Assembly (NCBI RefSeq): GCF_018977255.1
Contig: NW_024704746.1
Location: 39,990,001 to 40,054,000 of the forward strand
Length of the DNA: 64,000 nucleotides
Origin: Callorhinchus milii
Lineage: Eukaryota
Direction: 5' to 3'
Every line of letters begins with the position of its first letter. Position 1 is the first letter of the stretch. The notes below the pieces were generated by a model. It made no database searches. It was given only the letters and a program-made list of their open reading frames with translations, and had not been told where the DNA came from. A program made the translations under genes and the position numbers. Below are positions 1 through 11,459 of the stretch, one piece after another.

Positions 1-436
1 CACTTACAAATTTGCTCAAAAAAATTCCTAACTACATTATTGGTTACTTAGTTATATGGCTGAAATGCAGTGTGAAACAAATCACCTGGTATGAACCGTG
101 TTGCCATTTGTTTACCAGCAACTTAATGCATATCTAAAGTATTTTTGAGCTATGCTGTCCTTGTGTATGTTAAATCAGCTCTGGCAATGAAGAAGTGGAC
201 TAAGGTGATATGAGGAAAAAAAATATCAGGGACTTGTAAATCTACATTTGAGTGGTCACATTGGTTATTGTTACCAATGTCCCAAAGTGCTGGAACTACA
301 GAGTCCTACAGTGTTCATCCAAATTTAAAAGAACTGAATCAGCACATTAAGTACTTTCCATTGAAATATGCTACAAAGATCGCAAGAGGGGTTTGGATGA
401 AGAAGGCTTTTGATCTCATTCCTTTTTAAAAAATAA

Positions 437-611
437 TAAATTGGTCACTTCAATCCACGCCTGTTTTTGGGACACTGCTGTACGCAATTGGCTGCCATGT
501 TTCGCCCACAAAATATACTATCAATTCACTTTACAGTATATTCCATGAAGCACTTTGAGACGTCTCAAAGACATGATAAGGCGCTATATCAAATGCAAAG
601 ATTATTATTAT
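437..611 (+). mobile_element. 5'-truncated SINE (3' Deu-like part, L2-type tail, (ATT)n)
   Basis: Matches the 3' half of the full copy at 24988-25308 and ends ...gcgctatatcaaatgcaaagattattattat. Confidence 0.85.
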
Positions 612-1491
612 CCTTCTAAGGTAGCCACAGTATCATCTTCCCACTACACCATAGCAAGTTCATGGTTGAATCAAAATAACATAGCAATGCCCCTGATCTC
701 TGAAACACTCTCCCTAAATTCATTCCCTTTACACCCGTCCTCTCTGCTTTCAAAATTGTTCTAAAACATTCTCTCTCTTTAGCTGTACGTTTGGTTACCT
801 CCCTCCTAAGCCTTATCTCCCATCCTGCTTGAGCTCCTGCTCGGTCTCTGTGGAGCATGTTGAGATATTTTCCTGCATAAAAGAGGTTATATCATTGCAA
901 ATTGCTGCTGTTGAATTGTTAGTTTCCTGACACTGTGTATTACTCTTGAACATCTACACAGATTGTACTGTAATTTTACTGGAGTCGTAAAAGACACTAG
1001 TTTTCCTTATCGTTGCTTTTGAAAATAGTCTCCCACTGCCTAAAGGTCAAAGTTTGAAAATCCTTTGCCCTCAGTCCCACCATTTCCCTCCAGAATATAT
1101 AAATTATTGCTTATCTAGAACACTCAAGCCGAAAAAAGATAGGTAAACATTTTTTAAAAAAATGAAAGCATTGGATATAGTAAATGCACAAGGCACATTA
1201 CCAGTCAGTTTGGATTTGGCACTAACAATGTTTCCAACATTTACCAACCACTGGCCATCGTTGTTAAAAGCTAAAGAACACTTTCAAGAGACAATGGCAC
1301 ACGAAGAACACCCGAACAACACCAAACCCATCAATATAACAGAACAGAATCAGCAGGAAAGCTTGCACACAAGTACAAAATATCAGCGTACAGCACAAAC
1401 ATCTTCAGAAGCATTAACAGCGGCAGCACAAATACTGCAACACAAAGCACTTAAGTTTAGAAAATTCTGAGATGAACAATCAAACTGGTAC

Positions 1492-1551
1492 CTTAATGGA
1501 TGCTGAAGACCGAACTGATAAGAGGGGATCATCCACAAGATAGGACAATCC
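1492..1551 (-). CDS. KCND2: Probable alternatively spliced cassette exon, 60 bp, phase 0/0: GLSYLVDDPLLSVRSSASIK, homologous to the Kv4.3 long-isoform insert
   Basis: The minus strand reads T-rich tract...ttaccatatag|GGATTGTCCTATCTT...TCCATTAAG|gtacca. The first 14 aa are identical to the mammalian Kv4.3L insert GLSYLVDDPLLSVRTSTIK, and it sits at the same position, directly after ...LEKTT. Confidence 0.92.
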
Positions 1552-2384
1552 CTATATGGTAACATGCCAACAAAAAAGAAAAAAATAACCAATGCATCTT
1601 AATAGGTGTAACATCAGCATTGTGAACAGAAACATCAGCATCCTTGCCGTTAGCTTCATTACATGGGAATGTTACACAGTTAACCATTATCTGTGAACAT
1701 GACACATTGCTCAGGTACATTTAAGAAGAAATCATAGTCAACTTACTTTTTCTTAAACAAAACCATTAGTTGGTGGAAATAAATTAGACTGACCAATACG
1801 GCAAAAAAAAACTTTGAAGAGCACATATGAATATGGTTTTCAAAGTTTATTGCATTATGTGATCTTATTCTAACCTGTTTTTTTGCATGAATTATTTTCA
1901 GGTTTCACTTTTAGAGATGACAGGTGAATTTTCTCTTGGTTTTAAACCTCAAAGAAGTTTTTGGTAGTTACCCCCAGTTGAATGCCAATTTTATATGTTG
2001 CCCCTTTTGATTTTAGTTGGCAGTAAGATTTCTGAATAGTTGGATAGTTTAAGAAAAGCTTCAACTGATTTATCTCACCAGTAAAGGCTTCCATTAAATT
2101 TGAATAACTTTGAAGCAATACCTAGGTGGGGAAAGATGGGTTAACCTGGTTTATTACCAAATGATTAGTAATAAATTCAAGATCAGGGAAAAGGTTTTCC
2201 AGAATTTTGTACATAATTAGTTCCCAGACATTTTGAAGCAAAATTGGGTTAACAGATTTCTATCCTACGTGAAGAATTCCAATATCTTTCACAGTGAGGT
2301 AGGGTTCTGTAAATTTGAATGCACATTGTGCTGACAACAAGGTGTGGGTTCAGTTATCATACAGAAAGCATTGGATATACTATT

Positions 2385-2830
2385 TGGGGAGTAGTGGTGA
2401 AATGGGTTTGCATTTTCCTCTTTCACTTCTGGGATCTGGATTTAAATCTAGTCTAAGTTAATAGAGCAGAAATCACATGATAAATATCCCTCTGTAAGGT
2501 TGCACAGTATGAGTGCTGTTCCTTAGGGGCCTGTGTTCATAAGCATAGCCTTTGATTTAGCATTAAATTAGGAATCTACCTCAGAGGGACCATGGGAATA
2601 GTCGATATGGTGAATCAATGTCATAATTTCATACCATAAATGTAAGGGAGATGCTCTTCTGAGGTTGTAATAAATATACATTGTTAGGATAGAGTAGAGG
2701 AAGCTTTACTCTGCATCTAACCATGCTCTACCCTAATCAGGGAATAATTGATGCTAACACTTGGTGCTCATATAGCAAAAGTATTCAATGTTTCAGCACT
2801 GACATTCCTCATCTTGATGAATGTGTACAA
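2385..2830 (+). mobile_element. Old LF-SINE-like element
   Basis: Degenerate tRNA-like head (ctttcacttctgggatctggatttaaatctag) and a 3' block gaggaagctttactctgcatctaaccatgct, both resembling recalled LF-SINE features. Heavily diverged. Confidence 0.5.
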
Positions 2831-5112
2831 ACATACACAGACACACACATAAAACATTTAAAATCAGTCTCAAGCAGAACTGTTACATGGTCAATCTTAC
2901 ACATACCAAAAAAAAAGACTCTGGACATGGGGTGCTACATAATACTACAAAAAGTATCAGAATTCTTTTCACCATTCACTAGAAATCATTCCAAACACAT
3001 GCAGATCTTGCTGTTAACTTCAGACATGGATTACGCGCAATACCTACCTACAGACATAGAACATGCATGATGCAGACTGAGAGTTTACAAATCGGAAGTG
3101 AGAGGTGCTGACCTCAACAGTAATGTTACAGCCAGTGAGTGACATTATTATTTGTAGGTTTTATTCTGCAAAACCATTTTACTTCCCATGTGTTCTTGGT
3201 TTATACTGTGTAGATCTCAGGACTGAATATTGAAAACTGCGTCCCCTTTCAGGTGAAATCACTGTTTGACGTTGTGCAACGTGTCTGATGTTTTGAGTGA
3301 TCACCAGGAGCTCACTGTCTGAGCAGTTACCTGTGCTCGTTGTAAACCACGACTGGAACGGGTCAGATGAAGGAGTCCATAACACGCCTTTTGTTTCTTT
3401 CCGACATAGGAAATAAGGTAGGAAACTGGAAACCAAGTAGGGGCATGTCTCGATAAACAGCCACCCTTTCACATGGTGCAATCATATAAACCACACCAAC
3501 TAAAATCCTGCGCTGAGATCCTTTCATGGCAGCAGTGATATCGCTGGTGGCACAGTGCCTCAAGAGCGAACAATGGTCAGGAAGCTTTCTTGCCGCTCTA
3601 GGAATAGCATGAAACATGGTCAGCAACTGCTTTAAGATGTGCTTAAGGATTCATTAGGCATCAATCCCCTGGTTAACCAGGACATCCCACTGGTGCAGGG
3701 AGTTCCAGGCATGATTCACAGGCACAAGCAAACTGCTCTAACTTGTAAAAACCCAATTTTGAATTGATACTTGTTTGTGTCTGTAAAAAAATCATTGTGA
3801 ATGGTGTGGATTGGCATTTCAAAGTGGAGCGTAAACGTTTATTTCTTAACCTCTGAGAAAATAAACGTCATTATTACACATTGAACAATCCAATAATTTA
3901 TTTAAAAGTGCAATTTTTTTTAAACATAACTATTCAAATCCAAACGGGCACGTGCTTAATCTCTTTTAAGATTCCCCCACCCCACTACCGCCTCACCTCC
4001 ACCCTCCCATTTCATATATAATTCTGCAGCAGAGAGAGAGGGCAGAAGCTCTGTTGCCAGGTTTCTGTTGATCCTGCTGTGCAGAGGCAAATGCACAACA
4101 ATACCCCATCTTGACTGCCTCCCGACATGTCTTGTCCCTTTTTTAGGGAACTGGCTGATCTCCGCAGTGTGTCTCCTGTTGTTCAGGATCAGGGTGTGAG
4201 TTTACCATATGGTCTGCAGACTCTGCCTGTTCTTACATTCCTATTATTTATCAGTATACTTCACCTAAGTTGCTCCAACCCATTTATGATTTCCAGGGTT
4301 AAATATGAAAACAGTTGGCCTTTGTGGCCTGGGATGAATTGAGTTTGCAGCGCAGGCTGATCTTGTATAATTTCTGACACCTGAAAAAAAAATTGTCACA
4401 AACAGAGAGCAGAAGAAAGGTCCACAAGGAAATCCGTGTGATGGACAAATTCATGTTATTTCCTGGTGTGCAAATTCCAAATGTTCAATATATTAGAAGA
4501 AAAATCATACAGGTGTCCTTGGAAAGTTAAACTTATCTTTCAATTGTGTCAGACCCATTAGGGTTCAGGGTAAATACAATGCAGAACATTCTTAACTGTG
4601 GGTCAATCTGTTCTCTGTAAATATTGCCACAAGAGATGAAAGTGGAGCAAGGTGGTGAAGGTGAAGGCAACAATCCTGTGGTAAAAGTTTATTTAACATG
4701 AATCGCTGATCAAATCTATTGGTGCATTATTTCAATAAATCAATATTTTTTTCCTAGAAATCGTTTGTAAAATTTTAGGAAAAACGTTTTTATAAGCATA
4801 AGAGGCAAAAAAAGGAAAACTCAGGAGTTATTCTGCTCAGTTTGCTTCATATAGCAAACTCGTTGTTGTGGAGTAATTGCTGATTTGTAAATGTAATTTT
4901 AAATGACATATTCAAAATCACATTTAAGTTCACAGGGTTAAATGTGCAAAACCTGACGAGTTGCACTAAATAGCATTCATCCCATAACAACATTTGTTTC
5001 TTGGTGCAGAATAACCCCAGCCGCCACCCAACAATTGTATTCTGAGAGGGTAAAACCGTTCGATTACTGACCAAATCCAAAAGCTGGTAAAGGCTCAAAG
5101 GTCATTGCTTAC

Positions 5113-5208
5113 CGTGGTTTTCTCTAAGCAGTGTAAGAGATGGTGATGCTGCCTTTCAAATGAAGACCCCGTCTTCGCCACTAGGGCTTGTTCTTCATCA
5201 TTAAACAT
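5113..5208 (-). CDS. KCND2: Kv4 channel exon, 96 bp, phase 0/0: [32 protein letters not shown]
   Basis: The minus strand reads gaatttccag|ATGTTTAAT...AAAACCACG|gtaagc. It contains the conserved Shal [16 protein letters not shown] dileucine (dendritic targeting) motif. Confidence 0.96.
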
Positions 5209-5276
5209 CTGGAAATTCAACAGAAAATGAGTAGAAAATGTTATTAAGTTGTAATACAATAAAATGTGTGTGTCAG

Positions 5277-5515
5277 TCTGAATCAGTTGGTAGCACTATC
5301 GCCTTTGAGTTAGGTTGTGGATTTAAGCCCCAAATCGGACTAAGAACTCACATGTCTAAGATGTGCTAGGGGTGTGTTGCATTATCGGAGGTGGCATTCT
5401 TTGGATGATACGTTAAATTGAGGTCCCTTTTGCCTGTTCAGGTGGACATTAAGGATCGCATGGCACTATTTGAAAAAAGAGTTTCTTCTAGAGTTCTGGC
5501 TAACAATTCCCCCAC
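5277..5515 (+). mobile_element. Older Deu-domain tRNA-SINE (SacSINE1/AmnSINE1-like), 5' part
   Basis: A-box head tcagttggtagcact plus the Deu core gttcaggtggacattaaggatcgcatggcactatttgaa. Confidence 0.75.
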
Positions 5516-5671
5516 TTATTTAGCCTCTTTCACATCAGGAGGATGTCTCAAAGTGCTTAAAATAAAAAAAAGCCAAACCACACTTGACACAAAACCAATT
5601 AGGTCCATAGAGCTCACGAAATAAATTTTACTGGGAAGTCTAGTGACTGTGTATTTGTCGGCAAACGTGGA

Positions 5672-5860
5672 AATAATAATGATAATCCTCGCATTTGATA
5701 TAGAACCTAATCACGTCGTTGAAATGTCTCAAAGTGCTTCACAGAGTACACTGTAAAGTGAATTGACTGTATATTTTGTGGGTAAAACGCAGCAATCAAT
5801 TGCGCACAGCAATGTCCCACAAACAGTCATGGATTGAAGTGACCGATTTATTATTATTTC
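5672..5860 (-). mobile_element. SINE 3' half
   Basis: Reverse complement of the family tail and body. Confidence 0.85.
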
Positions 5861-5861
5861 C

Positions 5862-6125
5862 TTTGCAGGAATTATTACACCAGAATGTAGGGAATAGTGG
5901 AAATGTGAGGCTAATGAATGGTTGCAAGAATTTTTTAAAATTCAATTGCATTTCTGTGTATGTGTGTGTGTGGGGGGGGGGTAGGAGGAGGACAGGTGTA
6001 TCACAGATTAACTATCACGGGATTTGGAAAGGTAAGATGCAATCCATACTAAGGGCAGGAGTAAAAGGAAGGTATGGGGTTATGGTTTAAGTGGCCTCAT
6101 CTTGTTCCAGATTTTCTTAGGCTGT
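5862..6125 (+). mobile_element. Degraded CR1 LINE 3' end
   Basis: CR1-like terminal pattern ending tggtttaagtggcctcatcttgttccagattttcttag. Confidence 0.5.
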
Positions 6126-6329
6126 TACTCAGGGCTCTGCCTTTGAGTTCAGAATTTCAGTTTTAGTGAAGGCATTTTCCACATGAACAGGTATCCAAAA
6201 GATTACCGGAATAGTAGCAAACATAAGCAACACATATAAGGGTTATTTTTGACCCAGAACATGCAATTATGTTTCTAGCAGGAGAAAGAACAATGAGACA
6301 TAGAGCTCAGCTCTACAGTAGCTTATTAC

Positions 6330-6428
6330 CTGCTCCAGTGATTCACTCAGTAAGCCATTGCGCTTGCTTTGCATATACGCATTAGCACTCCCACTCTTTG
6401 CCACACGAATTCGAGCAAGCCTGGCTTT
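6330..6428 (-). CDS. KCND2: Kv4 channel exon, 99 bp, phase 0/0: [33 protein letters not shown]
   Basis: The minus strand reads tgtctgtacag|AAAGCCAGG...CTGGAGCAG|gtaata, in frame after the 163-bp exon. [17 protein letters not shown] matches Kv4.2. Not in the ORF track in this frame. Confidence 0.96.
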
Positions 6429-7362
6429 CTGTACAGACAAAAACATGCAAAACGATTAACATTCACGAATCCTCAGTTTTTATTATATTTACCACTAAAC
6501 CCAGCTATAGGGAACTCTCATTTCAACCCCTTCACCATTTCAATAGATTTGCAATAAGAAATGATTTCTTATTTATCAGGAGGGAAAGTATTCACTCAAG
6601 TACCATTCTTTTTCCTTTTCAATTTTTTGGGGAAAACATCTATTTCTATGTCACAAAACTGAAATTTTACTTCATGTCACTTACTCCAAGGACCATATCT
6701 GGCAGACACGTATATTAGAGCACCAACACTCTGTTACTTACTGTTTTATACCTGCACACATAACCACTCACCCATTTCAACTCTCAGTGAATCAATTAGA
6801 ACTGTGGGGCAGATTGCAAATCAAGTTGAATCTGCATCAACCCTTCTACACATACACACGGTCTTACACACACACACATATACAGACAGAAACGTACAAA
6901 AGAATGAGCACACATGTAGTCACATATATGCACACACAAACTGTATGATATGTGCCAGATTATTTTTAGGCTAAAGATGTTATCTCAGATTCTGTGTGGC
7001 CGTGTCAGTGTTTGAGAAGTAAACGTGAATCAAATATGGAAGGAACTCTACTGAATGAGCAATTCCTAAAGTCTGGCACATTTCAGACAGATAAATACAG
7101 CAGAAAACTGAAAAAAGGCTGTTGCTCTTCTATGCTTTGTCTGCATTACATTTCGAGAATGTGGCTTCCAAGATAAATTCAGGGACTTGTGGCAGGGGTA
7201 ACTCATTCCCTTCTATATCTCTTCTGATTATTTCGTTTTTTTTAAAAAAGAGTTCAGAAAAAGGATGAGCATTTCTGCTAGGCTCATAATCGTAGTTGGT
7301 TAAATTGGATGTTAGGTTCACTGTGGGAATGAAGTTTGGAGATTTTATAAATATAGAGTTCA

Positions 7363-7773
<411 letters not shown>

Positions 7774-9589
7774 TTAATCTGATCCATACCTAGATGTCCC
7801 AGAACAGCAAATCATATACAAGAGTACTGAGTAACAGGCCAATAATCAGTTTATTCTTTAACAGGAGAGAACCTTAAATCTCAAGGGTACCAGAGCTACA
7901 ACAATCAACTACACTCTTATTTTCAGCTTTGAAGCTGTTCTCAGCCTTCTTTGGACTCAAGTCACAGGTCAACAGCATTGGCCAGAATGCAATTGGCTTC
8001 AGGTTCATTTACTAGTCACAGTATTCTTGCAATATACAAACAACTGCTGCATTCAATGTTATTAATATTGCTTCTCATCCTAAGTGCACAAACTGCTCAC
8101 AGCATCTCTTTGGACTCTACTTGCCCCAAAGTTTTACAACCTAGAATTTTTTTAAAAAAGCGAAATTAAAGAGCAATTTTTCCCGACAATGTAAATACCA
8201 TAACATCACACCACTTCTCTTCTAATCCCAAAAGTCTCTGTAAGATTAGTACTCTTGGCATCAGTTCCTCCAGGCTGGGGTGTACAGTGCAAGTGACTCA
8301 CAATTGATTCTCAGTACATTTCAGACGCACTGAACTTTTCTTTCACTTCAGGTCCATCCCCAATGGACCAGATTCTAATGTTTCTGAACTTGCTTTTGAT
8401 GAGGTGCTATGTCACTTTTATTGAGAAGGTAGTGTTTGATTGATACTTCACACACCAGTCATCTGGGTATGAACATGAATATCAGGATTGAGCAATAAAT
8501 AAGCCACAGTCAGACAGACTTACAGTGGCAGAGGGAGATGTCTGCTGTAATGTCCATTTGTTAAACAGTTAACCAACATCAGTTACTTGCTGCACATAAT
8601 GATTGTGTACATTTAGGCACAACACAGTTTACAGATTAGCATACTAATACTTATTCCTTTCTTAGAATCCATTACTCTTTGCTAATGTACCATAAATGAA
8701 ATATAATTTTATGCTAAATGTCTGAATAGACAAGGTCAACAAGGGAAATCACTCGCAGTTGCTAATAGCTTCCACTGGAGGGTACATGACCTGAATCTAA
8801 AGCTGCCCTCATAACCAGGATTGGGCACGAGCTACCACTGTAAGTCAGTCTTGCTCAGATTAATTTATTGCAGTCATAATATCCATGCAATTTCCTAACA
8901 ACTGTTGCCGTTCATTGTCATTAAACGGGATTCTGTAAAAAGCATTGGCAATGTCAGCCTTGAAAGGAATTTCTCCATTAAATTGCACATCGTCAAAGTC
9001 ACTTTATGAAAGTTGACCGTAATGCGAGCATTCTGAACTGCCACGTGCACAAGCTCGCTGCAACATATGTATCTAACATTGCTGTGTTCTCAAACCAGGT
9101 TGACCAAAAAGTTGTGATAACTACTCTATTGTCTAAAAAAAACATAATAATTTCTTTCCAAGACTTATTAGAGATTGTAATGGTATCACAAATTTTTGGT
9201 CACCCTGTACAATGATTTGCTTTACTTGTCTACAAATGAAGAGTCACTGCACTTTACAGTAAATCCTGTGAAGTGCATTTAGACGTCCTCTCGATGTGAA
9301 AGATCATAGACTATCAGCTGCAGTCTGTCCATTACATCATCAGGGCTGCAGGCCCCCCATCCCCCACCACCCACTGATTTGCTTTGCTGGTTTCTACATC
9401 TTACCAGTCTGACATTCAACACAGCGTTCAGTTAATGAAGTGCTAATAGTTCACCAGATTTCATTAGTGGAGGTAAGATAGAGCAAATGTCAATTTCAGA
9501 TACACATATATGCACAAACACTGGTTCATTATGGCAGTGAACCCTCACAGCCTAAAATGATTGAGGGCACAAATCTTCAAAAAAAAATT

Positions 9590-9713
9590 ATTTGCTGCCA
9601 TGTTTCGCCCACAAAATACACAGTCAATACACTTTACAGTATAGGCTGTGATGTGCTTTGAGACGTCTTGAAAACATGAGAAGGCACTATATCAGAGGCA
9701 AGAATTGTTATTA
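9590..9713 (+). mobile_element. SINE 3' fragment
   Basis: gctgccatgtttcgcccacaaaatacacagtcaat...ggcactatatcagaggcaagaattgttatta. Confidence 0.8.
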
Positions 9714-11459
9714 AATGACTAAATGACACTAATCCAACCCCAAAAGTAGGACTTTTGACTTACGCTTTGTCTCAGGGATATTCTCTGAGCTGGGCCATTT
9801 AAGAATGAAGAGGAGCTTTAAAAGATAGCCTACAATTGACAGCAGATTAACCTACGTATGGGAAGCTGCCTAATGCTTCACACTCAATGATTTGCTCAAG
9901 GCACGTTTTTTCCCAGATCGGATCCAGCGATTTCCAGGTACAAACCAGAAGTTGTGATTAACATAGTGAATCCAGTTGGTGACCATAGAATATTTTGCCC
10001 CCCACTCACTCATTCACACACCTCTTTTTCTTTGCTGCAACGTAGCTTCTATAGAATATGAAAACTATTTGACACAAGTGTGAAATCATAGGTGATAGAT
10101 ATCCACTTTTGAATTCAAAAGCTTTGATTTGAATAATTTATTTAGGTACAATAACTGGGAGTAATTTCCGACACTGCACTTAGAAAAGCCAAAGCTAATG
10201 TGTCAAAGAGATTACATTTTAATAATGTCTCCAAATTCTATCACTATAGACATAAATCGATTTTGAAGCGAACAATATGAAATGAAGCTGAAGCACAGGG
10301 GTTCTTCCTGTTTGGTAGTGGTTGATGGAACTAGAGTAATGTCAATTTCCACATCGGTGACGTTCATTTACAGTTTTGCAATTTTTCTGAAACATGCAGG
10401 TTTTAGAAATGTGAACCGAATCTTATTACAAGTTATTAAAATGTTGGGTTGTTGGGGCCCCACCCTCTCATTATTTCTCCAAATTCACCACCACCAACAA
10501 CTTGCATTTATATAGCGCACTTCACATGGGGTAGCACTTTGGAGTGCTTAACAGTGGCATACCTTGCCAGCCACACAATAACTAGAGAGGTTTAGGTGAA
10601 GAAATTGGTTCAGCCTCTCTGATCTCGAGCCTCCCAAACCCAAACCCTACCATCTGCTCAGTACAACATTAAGCTATTTCTTAAATTAGTCCAGTGTCCT
10701 ACCACTACAACGCTTCCTGCTAGCTGTTAACTGGTAAACTTGCATTTTCCCTTAAAAGATTAATTGTATTTTTATTTAAGAAAAAAATAGACAAATACTT
10801 TATTGGGAAGCTTTATTCTGTAACATTTCTTTTCTCACTTTTCAGATTTATGACACTAAATGCACGAAAAGGTCTGTGGCAATTTGCAGATCACTCACAT
10901 AGCAACATTTTAAATATTAAAATCACTTTATTTAACAGGATTATGTTGCTACACTGTTTATTATGCCAAAATCTGAGTTTCAGCCGCAGGGCAGGATTCT
11001 CAATCTGCTGGTGAAAATTCATGAGACATAAAGCCCTTCAGATCTGTCTGTTAATCTTCCACTATACAAGCTATTTGTAAAAGTGACCTCCTGATTTTTG
11101 AGTATAATGTCTATGTAACTAAAATGAACAGGAAATAACAAGGGCAGAGATTGATTATAGGGCTGTATCGTACATGAAAGACCGATATAATTAATGCCAT
11201 GCTGACATTTCAGAATTATAAAATAATCATGGTGATCAATAGTGTACATTTCCAAAGAAATTTAATAGTTTTAAAAAGACAAAAATATTTTCTGTCAACC
11301 TTCTACACGCCCATGTCTGCGGCTGTAGCAGTTTGGGCCTTGCTTCTGTTACCAGGAAGACTAACTATAATCTGAATCCCTCTTTACACTGCAGAATGTT
11401 AGTGACTAGAAAAGGAAACCGGAATAGAGTGGCATTTCCTCACGTTGGAAATAAAAGGA

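Noticed and set aside
1162-1470. 102-aa plus-strand ORF
   Set aside because: No recognisable homology. It is the antisense of the UG-rich intron flank, whose composition suppresses stop codons.
1-1491. Next Kv4 exon (NHEF.DEQ...)
   Set aside because: No matching sequence was found; it presumably lies left of the window.
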